A stretch of 62,392 nt of DNA, filler included, from Choristocarpus tenellus KU-1152 (Eukaryota > Protista > Phaeophyceae): NCBI GenBank assembly GCA_964200185.2. It is 14 parts of 14 records of this genome, joined end to end, with 100 filler letters (N's around TTAATTAATTAA, not from the genome) between each part and the next. Parts side by side here need not be neighbours in the genome. Positions count along the whole stretch, not along the records: positions 51,431 to 55,393 come from CAXNAD020016907.1; positions 55,494 to 58,808 come from CAXNAD020020864.1; positions 58,909 to 62,392 come from CAXNAD020019716.1; 11 more parts are not named here. One strand, given 5' to 3'. The number at the start of each line of letters is the position of its first letter. Within the stretch, counting starts at the first letter, position 1. Below the pieces are notes generated by a model, which made no database searches, had not been told where the DNA came from, and saw only the letters and a program-made list of their open reading frames with translations. Both the position numbers and the translations under genes were made by a program. Positions 52,300 to 62,392 of this stretch are shown piece after piece.

Positions 52300-52900
52300 A
52301 ATGAGGAGGTTTCCTTGAGCAAGCATGAAGCATACAAGCAGACGTTGGATGATCTATGACTTCAGAACTATGCACACATGCATCCTTTGAGAAATTTTAA
52401 ATCACATTGCCACGCCTGCTGCTTTTTTGCCCGATGAAGTACAGCACTATTCTTGCTTTGGTCCAGGATAGTGATGCATGCTGTGAGTAGAGGCTTGTAG
52501 ACGTGTTGACCCTGCAATAAGTGTACCTCAACACACACCTGGATGGGATATATTAACTGCTTGGCCTTCCCCACCTTCTTGCGCTTGCATGGATCCCACA
52601 AGGCACGGGAGACCTCAGCCTTGGCCCCCCATTCGCGGAAGGATGTGCAGTGTACTGATGGGAAACCCCAAATGTTGAGGATAATTGTACAGCGGCCATA
52701 TCCCCCCTTGTGACATCATACTAGGTCCAGGCACCCAACCTGTGCGATCTGGCTGTCATACTCCTTCAGATGGCGGAACATGCAGATTTGAGAAATTCCG
52801 AAGTCTTCTGCGATGGCCGCCACCATCCCCCAAGGCATTTGGGTCTCGTGCCCTCTTGCCTCTATGCACCACGCCACTACGCTGTTCTTCTTCAGGGTGT
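52300..52900 (-). pseudogene. Tc1/mariner-like transposase relic
   Basis: HTH-like MVAAIAEDFGISQICMFRHLKEY, a second HTH-like QLSSTFGFPISTLH, then KPLLT and CVHSSE (like VH.DE). Confidence 0.4.
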
Positions 52901-53207
52901 TTGAAGCCTGACACTGAAGAGACTACTGGACCGAAGAATTGGAACAGATGGGCGACAAAGGGATGAGTGAGTCACTTGGATCAAGGGGGGGCTTTGACCT
53001 AGGCATCCCAATAAACATTCGCTCTCACAGTTTCACGAGACTTTGGGACCCTGCCAAATGCGACTTGGTCAATTTTGCACTGGTGATCCTCCACAGTCAC
53101 GACAGCCCACCACCTCAAACATTGCACGCCTCCCAATCTATGTGAGAACTAAGTCTCGTCCAGAGGGGTTATCACATGGGTCATTCTCAGGTTAGAATGG
53201 AGCTTGC

Positions 53208-53550
53208 AAAATTTACGTTAGAAATTTAGTTCCGAATGGAGGAAGTAGGTTGTAATGGATGTTTCCGAAATCGATCTGATTATTCCTGCTTGTTCGCAAG
53301 TAATATTGCTGTGGGACAAAGAGTAAAAATATGTGTTCTGAATTCTACTGTTTTGGTTTGATCTAAAAAAGAATAAACCTTTAAAATTTATGTTAGAAAT
53401 TTAGTCCCGAATGGAGGAAGTAGGTTGTGATGGATGTTTCCGGAATCGATCCGATTATTCCTGTTTGTTCATGACTAATGTTGCTGTGGGACAATGAAAT
53501 ATGTGTTCTGAATTCTATTGTTTTGCTTTGATCTAAAAAAGAATAAACCT
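53208..53550. repeat. ~175-bp tandem duplication
   Basis: AAAATTTAYGTTAGAAATTTAGTYCCGAATGGAGGAAGTAGG...GAATAAACCT at 53208 and 53383. Confidence 0.92.
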
Positions 53551-53749
53551 AATATGTAATGTATCACCACAAATGTACCATATCGAACCCACCACTCTTT
53601 CTCTACATTCATTGCCTTGCTATGTCCCATGTCTTCTCATGAAGAAGCCGATCCCTTTTTCGCATTCGTCCCCAAAATCTCGCCCTGAGCTCATACCTTG
53701 AACTATAGTACCTCCTTGATCATTATCATTTTACGGTTCCAATCCACAC

Positions 53750-54850
53750 CGTGAAGGATTTGTACATAAAGCACTCACAAGACCGCAGCTTTGTGCGCTG
53801 ATTGCAGTAGCATGACAGCCTCAGGCATTGGATATTATGTACCTTCTTTGAAATGGTCTTGTCTGCTGGCCCCTTTCCCTTTCCCACAGGTAAGGCTAAA
53901 AGTTGGCATGATAAGACTGCTCTCTCCCATGTCATGTGTTCCAACATCAATATTCTGCTGTGTGAGACTTGAAGGTAGTAGGTGTGATTTACTGGTATGT
54001 CGCATCACATCTCATCTGGCGACCTGAATACCTATAGCTGTGATTGTCGATGGCCTCACCCTTAGAAACACCAACATCACTGAGGTCGTCCGTTGGTACA
54101 TGGACCACATCTACTGACCATCGAAAAAGAGTTTATCCCTATTACAGTCATCTCCAACAATCTTCTTGCTATATCAGAGGAGTAACAGGTGGTGAGGGAA
54201 CACTCATTATGCAGCTCCTGTGCGTTATCTATTATGCTGTTGCATAATACAAAATTACAGGGGATTGCAGGTTCAGATCAATGAGGATGGGAGAGCTACA
54301 AACAAACGACTGTGTGTAACTGATGAGTGTATGATGTATGACCCCCACATTGTTTGGGGTCATATCAAGCAAGGGCATACACACATCCAGGAGAAAAAGG
54401 GAATGGTCGGACATCATTATGTCCATAGCATATCACAGTCAGGACCATTGAGAGTGAGGTTTGCTATCAGTGTGTCTGAGGTAGTTTGGGGTCAGCTACA
54501 GTGCTGCAGTTCTTTCCTATGCCAGTTGCCAACTTCATACATTCAACAAGAGAGGGATTGAGTACATAAAGCCCTGACTATGCAGTATGAATGTAGCTAT
54601 TGATATTTTTGACCCAAGACATATGGACAAAAATAAACAGCAATATATTTGCACGCAATTAGGGTTTTCCCACTCCAACACCTGCAACTTACATTCCAGG
54701 AGCCTACATCTTCTTACAACTCATCGATAAGTTTTCCAGCAAGAACCTGACCTTTACTGTGCACAAACAAGCTTCATCTACTGTGGGTCAATAACTTTAA
54801 TGATGAGCTCCAAAAGATACAGCATCAATAGCAGAGGTCATACCATGTAG
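53750..54850 (+). mobile_element. Highly decayed copia-like pol relic
   Basis: Weak YQ..VGSL, H....KR...YIK and ISFSSK-like segments. Confidence 0.25.
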
Positions 54851-55037
54851 CACAATAGAATGTGTTAACCTAATGCTCTCTTTCAACAGCCAGCCATGCA
54901 AGCAACTGCTTGAGTCCAAGCATGGACATTATGAAGAAATCTCAAAAAATGATAGCAATCGTTCACAATCTTTTTTCTACCCGCAGCTGAAAATTCCTCA
55001 CACTCAAAAAATGTAAAAAAAAAGCCAGAGAGAGTAA

Positions 55038-55040
<3 letters not shown>

Positions 55041-55074
<34 letters not shown>
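55041..55074. repeat. (AG)n microsatellite
   Basis: About 17 units. Confidence 0.95.
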
Positions 55075-55076
<2 letters not shown>

Positions 55077-55493
55077 TTATTGACCCAAAGAACATCTCAC
55101 ATACGGTGCAAACCAACTCCAGCAGACAATTAACAGCTCCAAACAACCTAAAGAAAAAATGTAAGAAGGAATCATATCATCAAGACTCTGCCCTGCACCC
55201 TACAAGCCCCCCCCCTTCAAATATTCCACCTCCCCCACCCATCAACTGCTCCAAATGTGCTTAATTCTCCCTTCATCCTCCACACACAGCTTCCTCTCCC
55301 CCCCCCCCTCCAAACCCAACAATGTTTCAGCGATAGGGGTGATCCGCGGCAATGTTCTGGGCAATGGCCACCTCCCACCCGTCCCCATTGGCCNNNNNNN
55401 NNNNNNNNNNNNNNNNNNNNNNNNNNNNNNNNNNNNNTTAATTAATTAANNNNNNNNNNNNNNNNNNNNNNNNNNNNNNNNNNNNNNNNNNNN

Positions 55494-55586
55494 ATCCGAC
55501 GTATGCAACCAAATCACCCAAGAATCGTGAAATGAAAAAATTTACCCCAATTGGACAGCCGCTACCCCTCCCAGATACTTTGAGCC
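55494..55586 (-). mobile_element. MITE family B, cut by contig start
   Basis: Ends CCCCTCCCAGATACTTTGAGCC. Confidence 0.88.
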
Positions 55587-55723
55587 ACATATCAACTGAT
55601 CACACCCAAGTGATTTAAGAGGTTAGGGTTGGCCCTGAGGGTCACTGCATTCTTGCTATACAGTGCACTTTTAAGTTGGGCCAAGGAAAGCAGAACCTAG
55701 GTGATGGAGCCAGAATGACCCCT

Positions 55724-55980
55724 AAGTAAAGTATCTTAGAGGGAGTACGAGGTTAGTCCTGTTTGTCTATTTGGGGCTTGGGCTTCCCCCAGTTTTTTTA
55801 ATACATTTTCTTACTCCAAAATTTAGGAGTAAGAAAATGTATGTGTTATGAAAAGGTGTGTTCGGAACAAGGATATTGACACTTCCTAACAAACACATTA
55901 TAACCGAAATTACATCAAAATCGCAATATTAGACTTGGCCCCCAAACAGACGCGGCTTACCCTCTAAGATAATTTGACTC
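55724..55980 (-). mobile_element. MITE family A, diverged full-length copy
   Basis: AAGTAAAGTATCTTAGAGGG...TACCCTCTAAGATAATTTGACTC. Confidence 0.88.
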
Positions 55981-57125
55981 CGCTGCAACAGAGGTTGGTG
56001 TTTGTCACCAAAGAGTGAACAAAGTATGGGACAAGCACACCAACCATTTGTGAAGGACCACACTCTACACAGCTTGGCAGACTCTCATATCGGCAGAATG
56101 CTTGAGCAGGATAGAGGTGTACGGTTGTGATCAAGCCAATCAACACCAAATTGAGCACCATTTCAGTCCGCCAGTGAGGCACCAAACTGGGTTAGGCTTG
56201 TCAAATATTGGGATACCACTGTTTTCCATACCTGCCCCAGTGGGAACAGTGGTATTTCAAAGAGATGGACAAAATCAGAGACCAGGGAGCTCACCAAGCA
56301 TAGTCCGTGGGCTATCACCCCACTAATTGCATGTTTTCCGCGACCAGTCATCCCAATCTTCGTGTGTCCCCTTGAGTCCGTTCCTGGAACCTTCTCATAC
56401 TCCGTATTTTATCCTCCCATGGTATGGAGTCGGGAAAGCAGTCCAGCCGGGATTCAATCCCACAATAATACCTATATTTTGTCAAGGCCCATAGTATCCT
56501 AGAAGGGTGGGGGGGGGGTGTTAGCCCGAGTCATTGTTCCACTAGGGCAGATGGTCAGATGGGGAGCTAACCCAGCATAATCCGTGAGCCATTACCCCGC
56601 TAGTCATGCACTCTCCCTGATTAGCCACCTCAATCTTCGCATTTTCCTGTTGAGTCCATTCCTGGACCTCTCTCTCGCTCAATTTTTAGTTGTAGGGAGT
56701 TAGAAAAAGCGATCTAGCCATGATTCCATCCTACAACCTCTGGTTTTATCTTGTCTAGTGGAAGAAGTGGTATCTCAATACTTGCCAGTGCTGGCATCGA
56801 TTACACAACCAGTAGCATCACACGTTGGTCAAGGGACATGGAGGCTAATCAGAAGTGAGCTTGATATGTCCTACTCACAGTCCCAACCACAAGGTGCAGC
56901 AGAGAACCCACTTGAACTGTTACCGAACGGACAGTTGTCGGATCCCATTTGCTGACAGGTTAAATGTGGATCCTGTGGCCTCTAACATACGGAAAAGGGA
57001 CACCAGAGTTTCTCTCAGAGATAGATCGGAGAGGGGGGTGGGATATCACACTATTGATGCAGCCCGCACAGTCAACTGGCCTCGACGTCAGTGTCTTGGT
57101 CTTCTGTGACTCACTCTAGTCCATT

Positions 57126-57307
57126 GGCTCAAAGTATCTGGGAGGGGGTGGCGTCTGTCCATTTGAGGTCAATTCTTTCATGTCGCGATTTTGGGGTGAT
57201 TTGGTAGCATACGTCTGATGGATAATGTAAATGCACGTTTCCTGATTTTGACCCAAAATGGACACTCTGGTGTAGTCCCCCCCCCCCCCCCACAGATATT
57301 TTGAGCC
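57126..57307 (+). mobile_element. MITE family B, complete (182 bp)
   Basis: GGCTCAAAGTATCTGGG...CAGATATTTTGAGCC, with flanking ATT duplicated. Confidence 0.9.
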
Positions 57308-57695
57308 ATTTTTTTGGGGACTCCTGGCGTGACTTGGATGAGGAGCTTATGAGGGGGGATTTTTGTGCTGAGTGCAATGAAGCAGGCAGACCAAAAAGGA
57401 GTTCTGTAGAGTCTGTTGAAGGTATACAGTACAGTACTCCAGCTCGTTGGGGACAAAAACTTCCCATTTCAGCATACTGGAGTGGTAGCAGTGCTGGGGA
57501 CTAGGAAGCTAGCCACATGTGTGTGAAAATCGACCGCCAGAACTATTTGAAAATGAGTTGGGTAGGTCGTGGATGGGGATAGTGGCTTTGTGGATATGCC
57601 ATCTATGACATATTATATGACACGAAAATCAACCATACTACCAGTTTCTTATACAATCTGTTTTGAACTACAGTATATGGACAGCCAGGGCTCTT

Positions 57696-57951
57696 GAGTG
57701 AAAGTATCTTAGAGGGTACCAGTTTTTACTTGTTTGTCCATTTGGGCTTGGCTTCCCACGGTTTTTTATGACATTTACCTGCTCCAAAATGTTTCAGAAT
57801 AGGTAAAATGCATATGTAATGAAAAGTTGTGTCCGAAACAAGGATATCGACATCTCCAAACAAACACGATAGCCAAAATTACATCAAAATTGCAACATTG
57901 GATTTTGACCCCCAAATGGACGCGGCTATACCCTCCTAGATACTTTGACTC
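57696..57951 (-). mobile_element. MITE family A, complete
   Basis: GAGTGAAAGTATCTTAGAGGGTA...TAGATACTTTGACTC, with 4-bp TSD TCTT. Confidence 0.92.
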
Positions 57952-58127
57952 TCTTGGCAAGTAGGTAGTATCCCTATCCCTGCTACCCCTTCTCTCTTTT
58001 TTCGTCCCATCTCTCGCTCCTGTATACCCAACCCGACCAGAACCTTGGCCTTTGACCAGAACTTTAGATGATCACTCACAAACAAAAAATGTTTTTTCTA
58101 ATTGCACTCCTTACCTTGAATTGCAAG

Positions 58128-58228
58128 GTGCGTTTTGCTGGCCTAACTGAGTTTGCCAGAGGTTTCTGGATTGGTTTGGAACTGGACACCCCCAGTGGAA
58201 AGAATGATGGGTCCTGTCAAGGGAAAAG
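58128..58228 (+). CDS. CAP-Gly domain exon (microtubule-binding protein)
   Basis: AAG|[34 protein letters not shown]|GTATG, containing the canonical GKNDG motif. Confidence 0.9.
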
Positions 58229-60399
58229 GTATGCACTAAGGCTTCCAGATATTACTTGTACTCTCTGACCCCAACCCTACCCTAACCCAAACTCTGATAT
58301 TGTCCCCATCTGTGAAGCATCAGTTAGGGGCGCACTGGGAAAGTAACGCTCTCAGCTCTGATGGTATTCCTCCTTCCTTTCTCCGTTCCACTCCCTCCCT
58401 CCTCTTTCATGCATCTGTTCTGGCTCTCCATTTCATCTAAGTTTGCTACAATTACACTCACCTTACATCCCTACCCACCTTCTCTGTGCTTCACCGTCCA
58501 GACTGCAATCAAATTTGATAAGTATGTTAGTAAAGTCTACTCAATCTGCAATTTGATATGGACCTGTTTAAAGGGTATGGTTGATCCAAATTAGATCAGG
58601 TCACACACTGTGACATCTTAGACATGACACAATCTTTCTCCAAACCAAGTTAATTCATGTCACCCCTACCAATTGTGCATCTAACCCTCATTTCCAGGTA
58701 GAGAGTGCAGCGCCTCTTTCAAGCATCTCTTACATTTCAATACACCCCCCCCCCCTTGTGTGGCCTGCTTCTACTCCATTTTGACTCCTACCTTTGTAAT
58801 CTTCCCTGNNNNNNNNNNNNNNNNNNNNNNNNNNNNNNNNNNNNNNNNNNNNTTAATTAATTAANNNNNNNNNNNNNNNNNNNNNNNNNNNNNNNNNNNN
58901 NNNNNNNNGGCGGGGGTATTTGATCGGAAGAAACCGACGGACTATTAGAGTCGGAGTGTTTCTGACGGGTAATAGATTCAATGTTAGGATTGATGAGCCC
59001 CACCTAGTGCTGGTATCTCACTCTCTTCTTAACTGTGGTACAAGCTAATAAACAATAATATAACTAGTTGTGTGGGACAACAGATCGTCAAGGACAGCTC
59101 AACAATTTTTTATTTTAGTATCCCAAGAAAATCCTTTATGTGCAGACTTGAAAAAGTATTCCATTTGCCACCCGTATATTTACCCTAAAGGTACAAAGTT
59201 GTTCAATAAATAGAACTTTTAAATTGACAGAATGCCCATAGAAAAAAGGCGTGTTAAACATTCTTGTAAGTGTGCAATCAAGGTATCCGCCAAATAATGA
59301 TAAAAATCTAGACAAACCTTTTCTAATAACAAAGTCATAAAAAAAAGTACATTTTCGTTCCATGAACACAGAAAACCTTGAGAATGCATTGAGACACGCA
59401 GAGCCTTTCTTATACGATTATTGTGCTTTGGCATTGTTGACCTAGTGGAACAGGTACCTGATCGTAGCGAGAAATATCTCTATGGTGTACAGAAGAAGAT
59501 ACTCCACACAGTCAAGAACATCGTATGAATATTGTAGCAACCTTCGCTGTACCTACTCCTACTTGAACCACTAAAACTAGCACTACTACAACAACGAACA
59601 ACGTTCTTGGAAATTTCGTTTCCCTCCTGTGTGTATCTACCTACAATCACCAAACCAAAATCCTACCCTCAATCAATAACCCCTTCCTCTCTGCCTCAGA
59701 AAGTAGAGTATTCAAAGACTTACTTCTCAATGTTTGGAAAAAGAGCACACTCGCTCCTATTTGTTATAGAATTTGTCTTAGCATCTAATTCCTTTAAAAA
59801 GTCATCGACGTAACAAAAAATTTCTGAGATCGTTTTCTGTAAAATCCATTATCATAGGTTATCGCTATTATTTTGATTAAATGTAATAACCTATATCCCT
59901 TTTCTTAATCACACAAGTAGACTACAATCAACGTGAGTTCCTTTTCAACAATAACAACACCCTTCTGTTCCCTACATGCTACTAGGTGTAGTTGCACACA
60001 TACTTCTCCACCAATTCTCATCGCCACAAATTCAGTGTTAGTTAAACAAACCGAACCTTTTCGGATCTCGAGATTATGGCCCTTGCATCAACTTTAAAAA
60101 AATCAATTTGAGCTTTCTTCCGTTCGTAGCATCCTATGTCCCTATATCCACAATGCCTCCTCTTCTGCCTTATTAACCCTTATCAGTCTGCATTTGATTT
60201 TCTAAGCGTACACTATCTCACTCTCTGGACAATCGATCCAAATGTGACCTTCGAATTGCTCAAGAATAGAAGGGCTTCACCAATCAGTTCAAAATAAAGT
60301 TGAGCTCATTTCCAGCTTGCGTTTCCCGTCTACCGTTTCCCGTCTACGTGTCCTCTTTTGTACCGTGTCTGTCAAAGTGACAAATGGTTCCTGTCTCTC

Positions 60400-62248
60400 T
60401 TTCAAAAATTGAATCTTCCATGGCACAGTACGTGAAATGTTTACAATACTCTCACGTAGTATTTCATCTCACCTTTTGATAAGAAAATGTCCTTCCTTCT
60501 GTCGCATATCTTGGCAACTATCAGGGAGCAGGAGGTCTTCTGCATGTGCCAAGATGCTTAATTGGGCGAGGAGACGGAGATATTGGACGGAGACGCCACG
60601 AAATCATCAATGGTCAGATTGTAAAACATAGGTACTCATTTGATTTGCTTTGATACGATGCAGTATCGTCAGTCCCTTACTGAACGTTGATTTGTTCATT
60701 GCAAAGGTCTTTATTCCCATTTACATCATTCTCTCATTAGGTCATCATCACAACTCACTCAGAAGATCACAATATATAGGAATTATAGGAACAGTCGCTA
60801 ACTATCACTCATACAGGCATACTATGTGTGAGAGTAGTTACCTTAGTTTTGGATTCAAGCTTGCCCTTCTTATTTCTTCCTCGTGTTACTTCTTCTTTCT
60901 CACACAAGTTATCAGTTGCATAGCATGCGCTGATTCTTATATTCACTTGACTGGCATTGCCCCCTCATAAGACATCCTATTCACTCTGCAACACGTATAA
61001 GACACATGCCAGGATGCAATATAAACAGAGTTAAAACCATCCGTCGAAATCCTTCTCAGTCAAGATGACAACCCTCTTCATAGAGGATGAATTTCTTCGT
61101 TCGAGCGTCTCAATGAATTACCACACACTCTCTATCAATCATAGTCTGCTCTGAGTAAAATGTGCCACAGACACACCAGTACACATTTCACTCCAAACAT
61201 AGTCTGATTGAGTAAAACATCCCTTCAGATGCGCCAGACCAAACCCGCAGGTGTCTTGTTGCACTATGACACACACCAGTCTCTAAAAGTATTAATCACA
61301 GCACAACCAAACCTACTTTCACATTGAACATTGTCTGATGGAATAAAACATGCCATCAGATCTTCCAGAACAAATTCATCAGTGCTTTGTTGCACTATGA
61401 TCCTCTTCGTCAAAACCCAGACACACCACAACAACGTATAACTCATACGAATCAGGCTTCAACACATTTCACATCAACCATAGTCTAGTTGAATAAAACA
61501 TGCCTTCAGACGCACCACACCGAACTCAGAGGTGTCTTGTTGCACTATGACACACATATGTCCATAAACATGCTAAGAACAGCACAACCAAACACACTTT
61601 CACATCAATCATTGTCAGCTTGAGTAAAACATGCCATCAGACCTTCCAGAACAAATTCATCAGTGCTTTCTTGCACTATGGTTCCTTTTGTTAATAACTA
61701 GACACACCACAACAATGCGTAACTCATACGAAACCAGGCTCCAACATTGCAACGCAGACTACGCATTTTACTTAGAAGTACGATGCATTCGATTTAGGCT
61801 TTAACATGCAGTGTGTTGCGAAAGTGGACAGGTATCTGCGAGTATGTTGGAATCCTTGGTGGGTGTATCAACAGTGCAAATTTCAAGTTTGGACTCATCA
61901 TCTTTGCTGGTGCGGGGGCGTGCTTAGTCGAACCCGTTGTCAAATTCGGATCAGATTTTACAATACACTCAACAGATGTGAAATGTTTCGGTGTTAGGTT
62001 GTTCTTTGGGTCAGATGTGCTCGAATAGCAGAAATACATGGCAATACTTGTGGTGTTGGTATGGTGTATTGCTTGTTCAAAAGTCGGCCATAGACATCTC
62101 TGTTTCGGGATGAGATGGCATTTTCGTAAAATGTGTATGTGATTTTGTAGGAAGGCCATGTACATGTGGTGGACATCAATGTCAGAGGTATCATTATTGG
62201 CCATTGTGTCAAATAACCTGGTGTTATCCTTACGTTTAATGTGCTGAC
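60400..62248 (-). mobile_element. Decayed LINE reverse transcriptase interrupted by a tandem array
   Basis: KHAPAPAKMMSPNLK..SQIPVHFRN (like KAPGPD..P..W) at about 61820-61930, then YNLTIDD and LSILAHAEDLLL (like LAYADD) at about 60525-60625. Confidence 0.55.
61135..61750. repeat. ~140-bp unit tandem array organised as a ~281-bp dimer
   Basis: GGTGTCTTGTTGCACTATGA occurs at 61250 and 61531. The TTTCACA..CAT.GTC...TAAAACAT submotif recurs about every 140 bp. Confidence 0.8.
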
Positions 62249-62372
62249 GAGCCAAATTATATTCTTAGATGGTAGAGCCGCGTCCATTTATGGGTGAAAA
62301 TCCAACGTTGCAATTTTGATGTAATTTTGGGCATCGTGTTTGTTAGGAAGTGTCAATATCCATGTTCTGGAC
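62249..62372 (+). mobile_element. MITE family A, left half
   Basis: GAGCCAAATTATATTCTTAGATGGTAGAGCCGCGTCCATTT, and the body matches family A. Confidence 0.85.
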
Positions 62373-62392
62373 TGTTAAAGAAATTGGTGTTC

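Noticed and set aside
4007-58908. Recurring TTAATTAATTAA palindrome and ORFs ending in X..LIN
   Set aside because: This is an artificial six-frame-stop linker between concatenated contigs.
61135-61750. Viral EsV-1-7-type Cys repeats
   Set aside because: The unit length (~47 codons) and Cys spacing do not fit, and the frames are broken.

Overview
This is a eukaryotic, repeat-rich window, not a prokaryotic one. It consists of 14 short contigs (about 3-6.5 kb) joined by 13 artificial 100-bp linkers (N44-TTAATTAATTAA-N44), so adjacency across linkers has no biological meaning. GT-AG introns, TTAGGG tracts and the TE content suggest a stramenopile, possibly brown-algal, draft genome; this is an inference. 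Supported host genes are a 3-exon LRR/LRRcap gene head-to-head with an intronless DYSKWD + CS (NudC-like) co-chaperone gene, a spliced cold-shock-domain (Unr/CSDE1-like) + R3H gene, and a CAP-Gly exon. Most of the rest is TE debris: Ty1/copia, Ty3/gypsy, LINE and mariner-like relics, a decayed Sola2-like DDD transposase, and two abundant MITE families sharing an AAAGTATCT TIR core and mostly 4-bp TSDs. The most unusual structure is at 4219-9401. There the 3' tail of the Sola2-like transposase has been amplified into a ~355-bp tandem array with higher-order structure, which carries four copies of a GAG-terminated MITE that may be its own non-autonomous partner. No CRISPR, rRNA or tRNA was seen.
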